A stretch of DNA of 64,000 nucleotides, taken from NCBI GenBank assembly GCA_965644265.1, contig OZ286467.1, positions 30,380,001 through 30,444,000 on the forward strand, read 5' to 3'. Origin of the DNA: Glycera tridactyla. Its lineage: Eukaryota. Position 1 is the first letter of the stretch. Each line of letters begins with the position of its first letter. Below, in pieces: positions 59,912-64,000 of this stretch. The notes beneath the pieces are model-generated. The model was not told the DNA's origin. It saw only the letters and a list, made by a program, of their open reading frames with translations, and ran no database searches. The translations under genes and the position numbers were made by a program.

Positions 59912-62900
59912 AAAAAGACCACGAACTTTAATCTATTTTGAGGTCTAGAGTGACTCATGAGATATTTTTTCCAGCCATCTACTAAGGCTCATCAGGAGGA
60001 GAAGCAGAAACAGTGAGAGAGAGAAAGAGAGAGGGAGAGAGAGAAAGAGAGAGAGCTCGACAGAGACAGAGAGTGGTCGGTATTAGAGGATGATATGACG
60101 TTGATTCAAGACGTGACACATAGAAGGTCTGTAGAGCAATGCTTATTAGGTCAGTCTTGTTTTATGAAAAATGAAACAAGCACATAAGGATGAATAAAGT
60201 GACAAGAAAAGTAAGTCACAATAGTCATAAAAGGAGCATGCATAGTAGCCCATTCTTGATATCAATAGTAACAGGATACACTCCCAAAGTAATCAGGCAG
60301 CAATTGTTCGCTGTCAAGGCCACATCAGAGTGGGAGTAGTCTATATTCACAGGATGGACTCTTACCCTCGTCTTCCAGTACCCTCTCTGATAGCGGGTCA
60401 ACCAAGTTTATCGAGTTGACCATTTGTTAGCAAGGGGAACTGTTAACTGACTGAAGATGATGTCTATTGTCAGTTGAAATGATGTATTTTTAGCACTGTA
60501 GAATCGTAGTTGGTATAACACATAATCAGCATAGCATCCAACAGATCAAACTTGGGGACCTTGTGGTATTCCCTGATACTTATGGCTGAATGTATATCGC
60601 TGAGCAGGACGCTGCCATAGTTGTGAACTTACACCTTTCACGATCTTTCTGATAGAAGTTTGCACTTTCAGGCCATATCTCCCAGGTCATTGTTCTGCTG
60701 AGCTAACAGGACAAACAGCATTTTGCGAATCAGCCAAGAACTGATGTCGGTTTGATGCTTGACATAATCCATAAGCATTGGTGGATACCTACATCCACCC
60801 ACACAATCTCTTGTCCCTAATGCCGTGTAATGCTACCTCTGACACCATTAAACATCAACACCCTAATGTATGTGATTTTTCTTGACAGAATAATTCAAGC
60901 AAGTTCTATAGTTACTGAATTGATAGCTCACTCATCGCAATATGTCTGAACTGCATACACTGCTTGGCCATGTATCACCCTTGTTTATAAACTGTATATG
61001 TTTATCTGATGACTATCTCAATAACAGCTCACTTGTCACAATGTTTGAATGTCGTGTATTTGTTCAGGATGTGTTAGTCCGCAATACATTACCACAGTGT
61101 CAATGCACTCGAGCAATGAACCGAGTTACACTTTGATTTTTACTTTCACTCACTGTGTCAATCTCACCTACGACCTAGAGTCGACCAAAATAATATTCAT
61201 TTGAATCAAATTTCACGAAAAGATCTTGGAGTCAACTGATAGGGAGTTTTATTTCTAATCTTTTTTAGTCAAAATTAAATTGAATGTTGATCAATTCATC
61301 CATCATCTCATCATTTTGACAGCAATGTTTTTTTGCCAAACTGATGCGTGTCAAATACAGCTCGCCATCCATAAATCCCATGCAATTACCTATGAGATCT
61401 CCAGTTGATGAGATTTTGCCAACACCTAGCCCAAACACCCACCATCACAGTTGATAGATTTGATATGAAATGCAGCCAGGTTCTGCCGTTCACTCTCCCT
61501 TTCAGAATGGCACCCACTCATTAATCAATCACTCAATTTCACTCGCTTATCCATTCATTCATTCACTCACTTACTTTTTTGATCGATCACTCCCATCCAT
61601 TCACTTATTTATCCATTTCAGACACTCAATTTGGCTCATTCGGTCCCTGCATCAAACTAAGTTTTATATCCTGTCACTGGGACACTCACTCATCGTTCGC
61701 TCACTTGCTCAATCACTCACTCACTTGCCCATGAACTCAGTCACTCCCTCACTCCTTCACTCACCCACTCACCATCTAACGCACACATTCGCTTTCACAT
61801 ACTTGAATCAACTGTCCCGCCTAGTCCTTCTTCACACAACTACCCACTCACACACTCTGTGACGCACACATTGACATATTCACTGGCTTCACTATTCACG
61901 AACACATGCTCACTCAATCACCTATTTTATCCACTTGAATTCTCCCTGGATGTTCCGATAGAGAATCGTACTTTCCCCCATTTTCATCACTGTCGCATGT
62001 GATATGCAGGCATCTTTGAGATCACAATGGGAAGTATTGGCTCAGAATTGCGTTCCATGAGCCTTCAGTCAAGGAGATAATAGATAGCCAGTAGGTGGAT
62101 CAAGCCACATGTCTGAAGCAGTGGGGTACTATATCCGATCAGTCCTGAGGGATATATATCCGAGGGCATAGAAATGACAGTAGGAACAGCAACAGCAAGC
62201 TGCGTCCATGGTTACAAAGTTGTTGGTAGCAACCCCTGGAGAAGTAGATAAGGAAACATACATATCAAACTTCAGATGAAAAGAAGGCCATTGCAAATGG
62301 CAACAAATACAATCGAGAGAAAGCCTCTGAAACTATATCCTACTGATTGGATACACTATGACATTTGTCTGGAAGGACTACTCTTTCATTCAACATGGTA
62401 GATATTAGGTCCATCGGGCCCGATTGTAATTGAAGAACCCAGGTCATCCAGAAGTATAAGGTTACTTCTGGCCGTTAGGCTAAGGTATTGAGAAGCAGGA
62501 ATGCAAAAACGGTCCTCGACATACGACAGGCAACTTGGTTATATATTGCAATAGATAGAAAGAGAGGGGAGGATTAGCACGAAAAGGTGTCTTTCTTGTA
62601 CAGCGGAAATGAAACACTCGATGGCAGACCATGAGAGAAGTATGATTACAGCTCTAACGAATACTGGTGAATATATGAAGTGGTGAACGTAGGGCTCATA
62701 ATTGACCACAATTACAGCCTCTCAAAACTGCATGAAATGCTAGCTAGAGGGTAAATTTGGTGGCCATTGGCTACCCACAGGTAGCAACATGGAGCCATGA
62801 AACGCGATGAGAATGAGGGGAGGATAATGACAAGTCATTTATATTGATGGTCTGGTGTTTGATATATCCTCAGTTTGGTTGAGTGTAGTACACTTCCCTC

Positions 62901-63069
62901 TCTTCACTTTCACGGTGATTGGATTCCATTCCCTGTCTTCACTGATTTGTTTGTTCGACTGTTTTGACCAAGGGACTTCACTTCAGCGGCATCGCCACAG
63001 TCTGAAAAGTCTCATTTTTACCCTGTGCTGATGTTTGAGCTATATCTGGGTTAGAGGCCCCATCACACG

Positions 63070-63256
63070 GACAGTCAACGAGTGGGCAGACAGACGAAAA
63101 GAGACAGACAAGATGGGCGGACAGAGACGGATGGACGTATCGACGGATGGATTGACGGGTGGACCATTGTAGTGACGGACCGACGGATGGATGGATGGAG
63201 GGAAAGACAGACGGACGGATACACAGACCAATGGACAGACAGACAGACAGACAGAC
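63070..63256. repeat. (GACA/GGAC/GGAT)n degenerate tract
   Basis: Direct sequence. Confidence 0.85.
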
Positions 63257-63403
63257 CTCCTCCTCTCCCCCCTATGCGAATATCAGCTGGCTGTTTCGTG
63301 GTACCAAGATTGATGAAATCCAAATTGCCTTGTTCATTTTGCTATTCACGAGCGGTTAATCTCATTTCCGGACCAGTGAACTTAACACTATGTCTAAGGA
63401 GCT

Positions 63404-63473
63404 CATTCCAGTGATGTGAAAGACGCTCTCAAGTCTGACATTCCAGTGATGTGAAAGACGCTCTCAAGTCTGA
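63404..63473. repeat. Exact 35-bp tandem duplication
   Basis: cattccagtgatgtgaaagacgctctcaagtctga x2. Confidence 0.95.
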
Positions 63474-64000
63474 CGTAAGAGCTCTCAGTGACTGTGGTTA
63501 TTCCAGCAAATTAATGTGATTGAATGCGCATAGGCAAAATCTAGGACAGGCCCTTCTATAGGCTAAAAAAATGTACGGTAGAACGAGTCCATCTGTTCGG
63601 TAATGATGGGTCTGGCCTAGGGTCTGGCCCATCGAAAGATAGGCAGGTAGACAATATGATCGAAATATCACAATATTCATGAGACATAGAGAAAAATCTG
63701 TGAATGCGGTATATTCATACATCGGGTGGTTTATCAGTGAAAACAAGATCGAAAATCTCAGCCAGGAGGAATTACGCCACAGAATTGTTCCTTGGCACTG
63801 AAATCACCACATTGATGATGGCAAAAACCAAAGAAATATCCATCACATCATCATGCCCCGGATTTTTTAACAATGCTAATCTCTGAAGACGGCATGTCGA
63901 TATATCAAATAATCTACCCAGGGGGCAGCTTCGAAAAGAGGGGGGAGCCTAACATAATTCGTGACGTGATTAAAAGGCATTCTGGCGCGTTCTGTACATC

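Larger units (their letters stand above)
48400..62200 (-). pseudogene. Decayed GRL101-like LGR GPCR pseudogene, copy B
   Basis: Remnants in the expected order on the minus strand: LDLa-like CSDSRKCYL*SELCV and FACMFRGTC (53615-53760); hinge DDKYLLGCRVSPSNV (49480-49530); QGYNLLAIFHPLL..THNVSVNQLG (49305-49395); SLSFDR (TM3 end, ~49041-49060); IIIGICFDFISLFISLSQ (TM5-like, 48819-48873); CDAMMPIG (TM6-like, 48582-48606). Boundaries are approximate. Confidence 0.55.
49080..62540. repeat. Copy B of the segmental duplication
   Basis: Same colinear blocks as copy A. It lacks the Penelope block, SINE, 708-bp duplication and DIRS, and has an extra ~52235-54090 block. Confidence 0.92.

Overview
Eukaryotic, repeat-rich genomic DNA, probably from a marine invertebrate (mollusc-like; this is inference). 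It has four N gaps and no intact host gene. (1) The background is an old tandem duplication (1-~23250 vs ~49080-62540). Its minus strand carries frameshifted remnants resembling a GRL101-like LDLa/LRR/7TM GPCR. (2) Copy A holds insertions absent from copy B: Penelope-like GIY-YIG remnants with a hammerhead-like core and a nested TTAA-flanked fold-back MITE, a 708-bp tandem duplication, a tRNA-derived SINE, and a decayed DIRS1 retrotransposon (16120-22629) with intact ITRs and ICR. (3) Between the copies lies a young ~17.7-kb enveloped Ty3/gypsy endogenous retrovirus on the minus strand (30324-~48040). Its ~1-kb LTRs differ at 5 sites. It encodes gag (4 Zn knuckles), PR-RT-RH, IN and an intact 1036-aa F-type env. 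Its unusual parts are a 296-aa antisense ORF with a p160-like LxxLL box head-to-head with env, three furin sites in env, a hairpin-sequestered env splice acceptor, a single UGA between in-frame gag and pol, an unassigned PBS, and a second copy of the PPT/LTR junction. This ERV is the best candidate for an undescribed system.
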